From: Paraspadella gotoi
Taxonomy: Eukaryota > Animalia > Chaetognatha
Assembly: GCA_051294375.1 (NCBI GenBank)
Contig: CM119269.1
Span: 3,792,069 to 3,856,068, forward strand
Reading direction: 5' to 3'
Length of the DNA stretch: 64,000 bases
Position numbers and translations under genes: made by a program. Within the stretch, counting starts at the first letter, position 1. Every line of letters starts with the position of its first letter. Shown piece by piece: positions 27,006 through 39,550 of the stretch. The notes beneath the pieces are model-generated. The model made no database searches and was not told the origin of the DNA. It saw only the letters and a list, made by a program, of their open reading frames with translations.

Positions 27006-29639
27006 AGAGAGAAAAGAGAAAGAAAAGGGTGAGTTAAGGGTTTGGGGTAGTTTAGATTGGGTAACGATTCCCCCGGCCGCGTGGCACGTTCCGCGACAGC
27101 GCCGCACCCGCGTTGCGCTGTTCTTTCGAGCGTGTTGTTGCTCCGATTCACTCGCTTCTGTTTTCTTTTTCTTCTCTCCTTTTCTGCGCCACGAGCGGCG
27201 CAAACGTTGACGACTTTCCGTTGTTCTTTTTTTTTAAGCTTAAGTCTTTGGTATCGATTGTGAAGGAGCCTTTCGTCCCAGGATCGGTTGGTCGGTCGGT
27301 CAGTCTAACTACTATTGACTGATTATTGTTAAATGAAATTGGCACAACCAATATAAAAATTATCGATTCATTTAATAAATACGCTATCTTGCCCCTGACT
27401 TTGGACAGGACAGGACAGGCTTTGGTGCTTTAAGGTCTCCATCAGTCTTACAAGAAAATTACATAGCAGATCCCTGAAAGTTTCCAATCAAGACTCTCTC
27501 ACAGTCTCGTGTATTCACTCCCAGTGAACCTGGCTTCCCTATCAATGAATTCGTATAATATTTCAAAGAATGTTTCAATTGTATAAAAAAGACCACTTCC
27601 TTAAGTATATTAAATAAATAAATACTATATTGTACTCCGCCTAGCATCAAAATACAAGTATCATTGAAATCATAATAATTATATTTTGTTGAATTGTAAA
27701 CTGTACAATTTATGCGTTTATCTGTAATGCTGTATGCCCTTTTGAATGTACTGTTTCAACTAATTGTTGTAAACGAATAAAACACATATATAAATCGGAG
27801 AGCTGATTGGAATATACAAGAGCAATAATGAAATCGTAGCGTGAAGTTATGATTCAATTTGGCAATGGAAGTTTAAAAGAAGATAAAACAATTACTTCTG
27901 AGTCGGGGTCATGACCGCAGCAGCTCGGTCGTTGACGTCGGTGGTAACGAAGGCCGTCCAACCACATGGTTCGCAAAGAAAGAAGCCGCGGGTGAAAAGA
28001 GGAAAAAAAGAATATTGAAAAGAAAAAAAAAATGTTGTGGCTTCGATGAATTTTCTGATTTATTATTGACTCAGAGATTTCATGTCTTTTTCGATGCCAC
28101 GAGAGTTCAAGAACTAAGGATAATGAAAACAAAAAAAATAAAAAGATTGAAAGATAAAAAGAAACTTCATCCGGTTTGATCGAAAAAGAAAAAAAAGAAA
28201 ACGAAAAGAAAGAAATTGTATTGATAATAAAAATGTATCAAAAATAATATTAATTTTGAAAAAGGAGAGAGATGAGAGAGACGGGAAAAAAAAATTGAAA
28301 TGAGGCGCAGTTCAGAATTAGATATACTAGACTGATTAAAAAAGGATTATTTCGGGAGCAGAGCAGAGAGTAAATGAGAAAAAAGAGAAGATGTACAAAG
28401 AGAAGAGATAAAAGAAAAAAAAGAGAAGTTAAGAAGGGGAAGGAAGAAGAAAGAAAAGAAATAAAATATCGATACGCGAGGAAAGAGGGAAGATTAAAAT
28501 GATGTGAAGGACAAAAAAAGGAGGAAAGAAAGAAAGAAATAAAAAAATAATAATAAAAAAAGAAAGGGAATACGAGGAAAGGGACGAAGGAAAAAAAAAC
28601 ACCCGAAAAGGGAATATAAAGAAATAAGGAGGAAGAAAAAAGAAAGGAAGAAAATGAGAGAAAAAAAAAGGAAAGGAGAAGTTGGGTACATTTTTAGCCC
28701 GGGTTCTCCGTTCGGTCGACCCGATTTTATCGTTGCTGACATCAGTCGAGCTCAAAAGTTTTTTTTTAACATTATTTCTGTCAGTTTATCGACTGAGCCT
28801 TTTTCCTCCCGCCTTCCTTCTCCCTTTTTATCCGCCATTTTGTTGCGTCAAAAAAGTTCTCGAGTCAAGGTCGCAAGGATAATTATTCATGGTATCTATT
28901 TTTTTTATGAATGAAAGATTGGCTAAATTTGGTACGAATTATATTTGAAAAATGACAAATAATTTACAAGTGTCGATAGCAGGGATAAAGAATATTGTGA
29001 ATTAAATACGGCGTTCAATGTAGAATTATTAATGCGTCGATGCGATCGTAAAAAACTGGTATTTTATTGGCTTAAAATCAGAAATGGGGAATTTTTTTTA
29101 TTAAAAGCTTACTGAACTTATTTAAAAAACTTCAATGTTTCAATCCAATTCACTAAATATAACGGATTATATATCCAATGTTCATAAATCAATACGTCTT
29201 TACTTAAATACATTTGTTACTTCTCGTTACTCTCCACTAGTTTACTATGTTACTATTTAAAATGTTTCAAAAGTAATACAAGATCTAACGTAAAGCAGTA
29301 CGTGTAATAATAATATCTTATAATGTCTATTTAACAAGAATATATATACATAAAATTTAATAACATTTGACATACAAATATTTTCTATATGATTTCTCAT
29401 CGTTTATTTCCTTCACCCTTCTCTTTATTCATTTCTAAATTGATTATTCCATTTTCAATCTTTTTTTCTTTCCTCTTTTCATCCTTTTCCACTCCTTTTC
29501 CTCTTTCTTCCTTTTTTTTCCCCGTTTTCTTACAATTTCCCTTTTTTTTTCTTTCTTACCCTCTGTCGTTCCCCAGGCTCCTCCTCCCTTAACATTTATC
29601 ATTCGTTCCCGTTCATTTATTCGACGGAAATGGGGACCG

Positions 29640-32040
29640 GGGAACCGGAAGTACTCTCCCTCCCGCCACGCCTCTTTTAAGGGGAAGAACGCTCTCTCTC
29701 TCACTCGCCCATCTTTACCGGAAGTACTCTCTCTCACACCACGCCTCTTTTGAAACGAAATACACTCTCTCTTCCGCCACGCCCATCTTTATAGGAAGTA
29801 CTCTCTTTCACACCACGTCTCTTTTAAATGGAAATACACTCTCACTTNNNNNNNNNNNNNNNNNNNNNNNNNACGCTCTTTTAAATGCGAAATACACTTT
29901 CTCACTGTCCAATCCCCATCTTTACGGAAATACTCTCTCACACCACGTCTCTTTTAAAGGGAAAATACACTCTCCCTTCCCGTAACGCCCATCTTTACCG
30001 GAAATACTCTCTCTCACACCACGTCTCTTTTAAAGGGAAATACACTCTTACTTCAGTAACGCCCATCTTTACCGGGAAGTACTCTCTCACAGCCACGTTC
30101 TTTTTTAAAGGGAAATACACTCTTCCTTCCGTAACGCCCATTTTTACGGAAATACTCTCTCACACCACGTCTCTTTTAAAGGGAAATACACTCTCCCTTC
30201 CGTAACGCCCATCTTTACCGGAAAGTACTCTCTCTCACACCACGTCCTCTTTTAAAGGGAAATACACTCTTACTTCAGTACGCCCATCTTTACCGGAAGT
30301 ACTCTCTCACACCACGTCTCTTTTAAAGGAAATACACTCTTCCTTTCGTAACGCCCATCTTTACCGGAAATACTCTCTCTCACACCCACGTCTCTTTTAA
30401 AGGGATAATACACTCTCTTCCGTAACGCCCATCTTTACGGAAAGTACTCTCCCTCACACCCACGATCTCTTTTAAAGGGAAATACACTCTCACTTCGTAA
30501 CGCCCATCTTTACCGGAAGTACTTCTCTCACACCACGTCCTTTTAAGCGGAAATACACTCTTTCTTCCGTAACGCCCATCTTTACCGGAAATACTCTCTC
30601 ACACCACGTCTCTTTTAAAGGGAAATACACTCTCCACTTCCGTAACGGCCCATCTTTACCGGAATATCTCTCTCACACCACGTCTCTTTTAAAGGGAAAT
30701 ACACTCTTACTTCAGTAACGCCCATCTTTTAGCGGAAGTACTCTCTCACACCACATCCTTTTAAGGGAAATACACTCTACTTCGTAACGCCCATCTTTAT
30801 CGGAAGTACTCTCTCTCCACACCACGTCTCTTTTAAAGGGAAATACAACTCTTACTTTCCAGTAACGCCCATCTTTACCGGAAATCTCTCTCACACCACT
30901 CTTTTTTTAAAGGGAAATACACTCTCCCTTCCGTAACGCCATCTTTACCGAAATACTCTCTCTCACACCACGTCTCTTTTAAAAGGAATACACTCTTACT
31001 CTGCAGTAACGCCCATCTTTACCGGAAGTACTCTCTCACACCACATCTCTTTTAAAGAGAATACACTCTCCACTTCCCTAACGCCCATCTTTAACGGAAG
31101 TACTCTCTCTCACACCACGTCTCTTTTAAAGGAGAAATACACTCTTACTTCGTAAACGCCCATCTTTACCGGAAGTACTCTCTCACACCACATCTCTTTT
31201 AAAGGGAAATACACTCTCACTTCCGTAACGCCCATCTTTTACCGGAAGTACTTCTCTCACCCACCAGTCTCTTTTAAAGTGGAAATACACTCTACTTCCT
31301 AACGCCCATCTTTACCGGAAAGTACTCTTCTCACACCACGTCTCTTTTAAAGGAAATACACTCTTACTTCCAGTAACGCCCATCCTTTACGGAAGTGACT
31401 CTCTCACACACATCTCTTTTAAAGGGAAATCTTTTGTAACGCCCATCTTTACCGGAAGTACTCTCTCACACCACATCTCTTTAAAGGGAAATACACTCTC
31501 ACTTCCGTAACGCCCATCTTTCACGCGGAAGTACTCTCTCACACACTCTTTTTAAAGGGAAATACACTCTCACTTCCCTAACGCCCATCTTTACCGAAAG
31601 TACTCTCTCTCACACCACGTTCTCTTTTAAAGGGAATATACACTCTTCACTTCAGTAACGCCCATCTTTACCGGAAGTACTCTCTCACAACACATCTCTT
31701 TAAAGGGAAATACCACTCCTCACTTCCGTAAACGCCGCATCTTTTTACGCGAAGTACTTACTATCTCTCACACCACGTCTCTTTTAAGGAATACACTCTT
31801 TACTTAGTAACGCCCATCCTTTACCGGAAGTACTCCTTCTCACACACCGTCTCTTTTAAAGGGAAATACACTCTCCCTTCCGTAACGCCATCTTTACCGG
31901 AAAGTACTCTATCTCTCACACACGCCGTCTTTTTTGAAGCGGCGAAATACACTCTCACTTCCGCCACGCCTCTCTTCCTAAAGGTATTTACATTCTCCTT
32001 CTTGCCAACGCCTATCTTTATCGGACAGTACGGCTCTCTC
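29640..32040. repeat. ~72-bp tandem satellite, about 30 copies, interrupted by the 25-N gap at 29848-29872
   Basis: Consensus CTTTTAAAGGGAAATACACTCTCACTTCCGTAACGCCCATCTTTACCGGAAGTACTCTCTCACACCACGTCT, built from two related half-units. Edge copies are more diverged. Confidence 0.95.
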
Positions 32041-35000
32041 CAGCCCCGCTCTTAAAACCAGAAATACTCGGCTTTCACTCTTTCCCCAGACCAACCGAAA
32101 TTATTAACATTTTCAATCGGAAAAATTATCTTTAAAGTTAACGGTGAGTGATATTTCTGACAGCAAAATTCGGAGATCAAACATAATATAGCATCCCCCG
32201 GGAGAATTTCACGACTCCAACCGCCTGGGGATAAAACATGGCCTCCACATGTTAGTCAGCTCTCTCTCTCTCTCCTCTCGTCTCTCTCTCTCTGACTCTT
32301 CTCTCTCTCTTTCTATCTGCGACCATGACGCCCCGCGCGTGACGCACCGTCAACCGCCTGCGCCCTCCATCGTTTTCTCCGGTCGTCGATCGGAACGACG
32401 AACAAAGTGCAACGCGAGGCTCGACAGAGCGGTTCGCGCGTTTGAGGATTATTTCGGTCGTCGTCGTCGTCGTCGTCGTATTCGTCGTCGTCGTTTAAAG
32501 ATCTCAGGAGGACGCGGGTGGCCGCGGGCGGCGTTCACGTGGTCGTCGTTCCATAAACGTCCTCATAACCGATTTATGGGTTTTTCATAATTGTTCTTTT
32601 CCATTGTTGCGGTCGTCGTCATCGTCGTCGTCGTCGTCATCGTCATCGTCATCGTCGTTGTCGATCGTTGATATTCTCGTGGACCCAGTTAATCATTGCT
32701 GCTATTGTCTTCGGCACGTTGCGTTGTTGTTGCAGTTGAATGAGCTTTTGTTCTTAATAAGCAGTATTAAGTTCAATAGTATTAATAAATGACGCCTCCA
32801 ATGCTATTCCTGCGTTTGAGGCTCACGGAGACATATAACCTAATACGTGAGTGGAGGTCGCGAGAAAACAATAAAAACAGATCGTTTTTGGTTCACCGCG
32901 CACGCACAGTCTTCAACTGTTAGATCTACAAAAACATTTTTCCCCACCACCGTATTTGAAACTTAAGGTTCGTAGAGCGTGGCTGTCGTTGGACAACTAA
33001 CTGGCTGAGCTGATCCTGCGCTATCAAAAACGAGCAGGAATTCGAGTTGAGATGGGCGCGGACGAGACGATGGGCGTCCGGTCAAGACGTCTCAAGCATG
33101 ATGATCTGACGACAAAGTCGAAGCCCAGCACTTCTATCTAAAGTCGATGAGATGGAGTTACGAAGTCCTTGTCGCAAAGAATAAACAAAAACATTTAATA
33201 CACACTCAAGCAAATTATATATATAAAAGTTTTTAAGAATCATCTTTACTTGTTTCTGAGCCAAATTTGCTAGAAAAAGGTTGCCTCTATCACAAGGAAA
33301 ATCCACCAATCACGCGATCACAAAGGTCTTTAAAAAGAAGTTTCCGAGATATTAAAAGCGCATTCTTATCTTTTAAAAAAAGTTATTGAAAACGCATTGC
33401 AAGACTGAACAATCTAGAGTTACACGTCGATTAGAAATCAAGGCTTGAGATCTAAAGAAACCGCGCCCCGGGACACCAAATCAGCAAACAGCCATGCGTA
33501 GCCACTCGGAAGCTGTTACTTAAGTATATATTACTCATGATACAAATTCGAAACAAAGATGTCGCTGTGATCGCGGAAGAAAAAGAATTTCCTTGCGTTA
33601 GTAATAATAGAAATAAAGAGCATCGCGGCTGAAAGAAGATGAAGTTTGGATTTCCACGGTATATATTTTGATAATGATTTTTCGCTAACACCCCCCGCCT
33701 ATCTCAGGCATGCCAAACATGGCATACTGGGATACCGAGCCATGGTCTTAGAAATAATCATCAAATATATCGGGGCGAGGGATGGACAAGTAGAGAAGGA
33801 AATAAATTTTAACCGCCTGAGTATGCAAAAAATGCGCCAGGACTTACTTGCTAAGCCCAAAATAAACTGTGCGATTCCATAAAACCAGGAAAACCGGTTT
33901 CTTTCCTCAAAAGCCGACAAAACGGAGAAGAGACGAGCAACGGCGGCAGACGACAACCTGACCGGCGCGTGAGCTTCCTCTTCCAACACGGCAGTTTGTA
34001 CTTCAAGTCATGCATGTTTTGAAGACGATAACAGTGGGAGTACAAGACACGAATAATATCAAAATTGTACGAGATGGTAAAATACATAGCCGTTAATAAT
34101 TAAATTCTGCTGACTTCAATTAAATCAGGGCTTCGAAGTTCGGATTCGTACGGATCGCCGGTCACGTGTACAGCCGAAGATACGCTCATCAGCCCGCTCA
34201 TCGCGAAGCGCCGGTGTTTACGGTTACCGAAGCGCTACCAAACCTGACTGCGAAATAAAAAAGTGGTAAATCCTTGACTCGAACGCGCGTGTTTCAGTAG
34301 CACCGTTAAACAACCATGAGTAATACAAACGAAAACGGCCTTAAAAAACTGGACTGTCTTCTAGACTCTTTAAAACACTTGCCGCCTAACTGAAAAAAAT
34401 GACACAATGAATTGATCCTTAGAAAAAATTGACACAAGGCAGGGGTACTGAGACATTGGGAGCTAAATATCACTAACTGACTAAACTGACAAAAAATAGA
34501 ATTTCGGTACTAGCTTCGGGCATATATTACTAAACCAAATAACTAAATTATAAGCAAAACAAATATAGGCCTTTTATCGAAATCTAAAGTCGTTATAACT
34601 GACCCCGTGTGGCCGACTTTAACCCGATATTTTTCACTTAGGTCGATGACGCGAAGACGGTTGGCAACTGACCCGGTGGCCGATCTTTGAGCCCGACATA
34701 TTGTTACACCCGCGACTTCCGGAATCAGTAGCCAACTAAAGGAAAGAAGCGTTGGAATATAATGGAGCCCGAATTTTATAAGGATAATTACGGCCACCGC
34801 CGACCATTCGAATTCCAAAAAGGAACCGAAAAGGTAAAGAAAAAAAATAAAAAGGTTGTCGATCTTGTGTAAAGCGATATACACGCTTACCGAAATGCAA
34901 CTTTCCGCCCCCCGCAGGAACGAAAATAGGATCTCGGAAGTTATTTTCGATCCGGCTAAGAACGAAATTCAACCCTTCGGACCTTCAATCGAACATTGGC

Positions 35001-38000
35001 GAGGCAAAAAGGTGCCTTTCATGTCACGACAACCTGAGGCGAAATAACACAACATCTCAAATATTCAAGATCTTCCTTACCGCAGGTGGCCGCATCAGAT
35101 GAATCGCCAAGCATATCTTCAGTCATGTCAACAAGCATTCTTCAAGCGTCCCTCTACGATTCTCATGAGGACCCCTTATACGAAAGACCGAATCTTTGAA
35201 AGATCTGCGTATATTCGACTCCTTACCAAAAAAATATTTAGAGACGCACAACCGTACTAACGACACAAAAATACTTAGACTAACTCCTACGGGAAAAAAT
35301 AGTAAATTGAAACAATCGAATTATGTACTAATAATCTTCGCCGCGTCGAATACTTATAGTATCTTCTTCTTCTTGAAATGAACTATCTTGAAATACTTGA
35401 ATACACTGAAAAACAAAAATAATTAACATTCCTTTCTACCTTATGATTCGTAGTAGAGTTGGCAAAAATAAACAAATTAAACATATGACCATAAAAACGA
35501 AATCAATACCTAAACAAAAGACCGAAAATTACGGAAACCTAATAATCTAATCACTCTAAAACGATAAATCAATTCTAAATGCGCTGAAGAAAGTTATTTT
35601 ATTTGGTATTACCCTTACTTTAGCATCCGAATGCCCGAAGCAACGAGATCAAGTAATTTCGGCAAGGCAAAGCAGTATTACTACGGAATGGGGCGAGACC
35701 CTCAAAACCCTGCCAAAAAGTAAGCAAAGCAATAATTATCGATAAACCTTCTCGTCGCTAGGCTCCCTACCATGCTCCCTTGCCTAACTTATTAAGGCGA
35801 GAAAAACACAAAAAGTGGTGCGTACAATATACCAAACGAATACGAAACGATTTACTTGCCATCAAGAGAACCGCGTCGATAAACCGTTCGATAGGCAGTA
35901 CTTAAAGGGTTTTCGGTTAAAGTTGTTCGACGCAGGAGGAGGCCGAAGTCAAACAAACAATTATCGTAACCGATTTTAGAAAAAATATTCGAGTTCCGAC
36001 GAACTTATCCCTAAACCAATCTTGAATGGAATCGGCTATACGTCTAAAGGAAAAGTCGCCCGCCTGAGCGGCGCGCAGGGAGACAGTCTTTGAACAGGGG
36101 GAGACCAGTCAACTCCGAAGGCCTAAATAATTTTTGAATATTTTTGCGATCGACTCGCCGAGACATCCGTCCGTACTAAGAGACATTCGAAAGTCGAAGC
36201 AAAAATTTATAAAAGCTGAAAACGTAAGAGGGCAAATAATGAATAATATTAAAACAATCCAAGAGAGATAATCTATATTATTCTTACCTACTCTAAAATT
36301 GTCGCCATCTTCTCTTGAGCATAACCAAAAATACAAAAGCTAAATAAATACAAAAATGTGAGACAGATCGACGGGCGTTCCTATGCAGTGGAGGTGCCGT
36401 AGCAACACCGCTCCGAAGAGTGGTTTCGTTTACTTCCGATCTTGTTCTGGTCGCCGGAGAACACGCTTTGGCGGAGCGTTGGTTGTTTTGTCCTTCCTCT
36501 CGCTTAACCAAGAGGAAGCCTTACCTTGGCTCAACTTTTCGCCTTTATTACTCCAAATCCGTCATACGAAACCTTGAAAAGAAACTAAATAATACACTTT
36601 TGAAATTCAATGTTGTTAGTAACCTTAATACTAAATAAATCAAAAAAATATCCATTATTCTAATAAACGAAACAAAGTATTTATTTAAAAAATATTTTTT
36701 CTATAAAATTACTAAATTATCATATCGGAAAATTGGATCGTTACCCCCCGCAACGAAACGGAAGAACAACTGATTATTTCGTACAAAAAAAGAAAAAATT
36801 TTTTCGAAAAAATTTTAGCAAAAAAAAAACACTAGTCCCCAAAATACCAAAGGGAGAACTACCGCGTAGTATAATTTGTAATGCTTTGGGGAGAAATTCC
36901 CCCAGCGAAGGAAATCGCAAATTTCCCTCCGAGCGTAAGTTTACGAAGATCTGGGGAAAAGGATGATGGAGAATAACACTTTCTTCGGAGATAATCGAAG
37001 CCGTACGATCGATTGAAAGTGAGGTTAACCTGCTCGAAAACCAAACATACAAATAACTTAAATACCTAAAAATAAATATAACTAAAGCAAATAATGTTAA
37101 AAAGCTAAATTAAATACTTAAACATTAAGAAAAAACCGTTAAAAACACAGCCAATCAAACCCGGAATGTCCGCCGTACCAAAGGTTCCTCTACGCTCGAC
37201 GCCGCCTTCGAGAATCCAAAGCTTCAACCACGTTAACGTCGTTCACGATCACGAGCGTCCACCTCTGAACCGGAAAGTGCCGTCGCCACGCGAGGCGAAA
37301 CCGGATATTGCGATTGCATTCAACACACGTGGAGGAAATTGGACGGGAAAGATTCGCCGCGTGGGAAAAATGGGTGTAATTTACGCTAGCCATCAGACGA
37401 TGCATTCCGAAAAAATCGTGGCTGGGAAAACCAATTATCGACATGAGTCATATAACGCAATAATTGCGAGAGGAGGGCCGTAACGAAATATAGATGAAAT
37501 ATAGCGTTATCCACCGAAAATATCGCCGAAATAGTGGCAACGCCAACGATAACGAAAATAAAAATTCTAAATACTCTAAAAAGCGGAAAAAAGCCCCAAA
37601 AAATATTAAGCGATTTAAATAAGGTCAAAGACGTTAATACTTGCGCAAGTTAGCTGAGAAGAGGCTGGAACGTGCGCCGACTTTCCGTCGCACGGACAAG
37701 CCTCCCACGACTCCCCGCCAGCCCATGGGCTAACACCCTCATCGACAATGCTCCCTTCGCGTGAACGGACCGTCAACAGCAAAGAACAAAGTGAGACTCC
37801 GTCCAAAGGACGCCCTATGCCGATCAAGTCGACATAGTGACAGAAATACAAAACAGACACAATGAATAAACAAAATAATTGATCAAAAAAAATTTTTGGC
37901 ATTGAAGCGGGCACCCCCATAAAAAAGGTTAGCTAAGTTGCCAGAAATAGAGAATCCGCCCGGGTGAACCGACTAAAAGAAAATGATTAGAAAATAACAA

Positions 38001-38875
38001 TTTTACCCGCAGTTTCTTCAGAGAACCGAATCCGTATTTCGGGAGTCCCAACCCATACCCCGCCACATGAGAATCCAGCTTATTCAGGCTGAATTTGAAT
38101 AAACAGAAAATAGGAAGTAAACGAAAAATAACTATTTGATCAGAATAAAATAGTAAATATCCCGAAAGACGAGCTATTTCAGCTCCACAGAAAAGAGAAC
38201 TAGCCTTTGGAGAAAGAGGCTATTGAGCGCCATCGGTACGAGCAACGGCGGCAGCGAACAACTGACCGGCGCTAGCTCTCTTCCACACGACAGTTGTACA
38301 TTCAAAGTCATGATGTTTATTGAAAGACGAAACAGTGAGTACAGAGGACCAGATAGTCAATATAGTACGAGATGGTAAATACAATAGCCGTAATAATTCA
38401 AATTCTTCTGTCTGGACTCAATAAACAGGCTTCGAAGTTGATGTCGTACGATCGGTCACGGCTGATCTCTCTCTTTTTACACCACATCTCTTTTAAAGGG
38501 AAATACACTCTCACTTCCCTAACGCCCATCTTTACCGGAAGTACTCTCTCTCACACCCGGACGGCCTGCTTTTGAAGCGAAATACACTCTCACTTCCGCC
38601 ACGCCTCTTCCTAAAGGTATTACATTCTCCTTCTTGCAACGCTTATCTTTATCGACAGTACGCTCTCTCCAGCCCCGCTCTTAAAACCAGAAATACTCGC
38701 TTTCACTCTTTCCCCAGACCAACCGAAATTATTAACATTTCAATCGGAAAATTATCTTTAAGTTTAACGTGAGTGATATTTCTGACACAAAATTCGGAGA
38801 TCAACATAATATAGCATCCCCCGGAGAATTTCACGACTCCAACCGCCTGGGGATAAAAATGGCCTCCACATAGTC

Positions 38876-38916
<41 letters not shown>

Positions 38917-39550
38917 CTTTCTAATCTGCCAAGCCATGACGCCCCAGCGCGTACGACCGTCAACCGCCTGCGCCCTCCATCGTTTTCTCGGTCGTCGATC
39001 GGAAGACGAACAAAAGTGCAACGCGAGGCTCGAGAGCGTTCGCGCGTTTGAGGATTATTTCGGTCGTCGTCGTCGTCGTCGTCGTATTCGTCGTCGTCGT
39101 TAAAGATCAGGAGGACGCGGGTGGCCGGGGCGGCGTTCACGTGGTCGTCGTTCGCATAATCGTCCTCATAACGATTTTATGGGTTTTTCATAATTGTCTT
39201 TTCCATTGTTGCGGTCGTCGTCATCGTCGTCGTCGTCGTCATCGTCATCGTCATCGTCGTTGTCGTGATCGTTGATATTCTCGTGGACCCAGTAATCATT
39301 GCTGCTATTGTCTTCGGCACGTTGCGTTGTTGTTGCAGTTGAATGAGCTTGTTCTTAATAAGCAGTATTAAGTTCAATAGTATTAATTAAATGACGCCTC
39401 CAATGCTATTCCTCGTTGTGAGGCTCACGGAGACATATAACCTAATACGTGAGGTGAGGTCGCGAGAAAACAATAAAACGAGATCGTTTTGGTTCACCGC
39501 GCACGCACAGTCTTCAACTGTTAGATCTACAAAAACATTTTTCCCCACCC
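31843..39550 (+). repeat. 1.1-kb direct duplication (~31843-32950 = ~38478-39550) flanking a 5.5-kb foreign segment
   Basis: Both copies run from the last satellite units to ttagatctacaaaaacatttttccccacc and differ mainly by indels. Confidence 0.93.
32951..38460. other. Mirror-orientation segment (complemented but not reversed) containing a spliced gene with C-type-lectin-like motifs; very noisy sequence
   Basis: Complementing the + strand without reversing it gives a textbook intron at 34805-34860 (gtaagc...ttttttatttttccaacag), acceptors ending at 34591, 36369, 37170 and 37626, and donors at 36554 and 37317. It also gives the peptides CANGFTLKGGGRPCFY..LSWEAWKLAC (from 34881), CPQGY..RLAT (from 36371) and ACSEG..GSSCY (37693-37750). 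Confidence 0.75.

Noticed and set aside
29640-32040. CRISPR array
   Set aside because: Units are contiguous with no unique spacers, there are no cas genes, and the context is eukaryotic.
36100-38237. Reverse-complement pass of 33933-36100 (missed-adapter read going round a SMRTbell)
   Set aside because: Manual comparison of the expected reverse complement with 37950-38237 showed no convincing match.
33933-38462. LTR retrotransposon or endogenous negative-strand RNA virus (direct repeats 4.3 kb apart, A-rich strand, ATTAAGAAAAAA resembling a viral gene-end signal)
   Set aside because: I found no gag, RT, integrase or viral motifs, and there are no TG..CA ends or TSD. The A-rich tracts are explained as polypyrimidine tracts in the complement-only reading.
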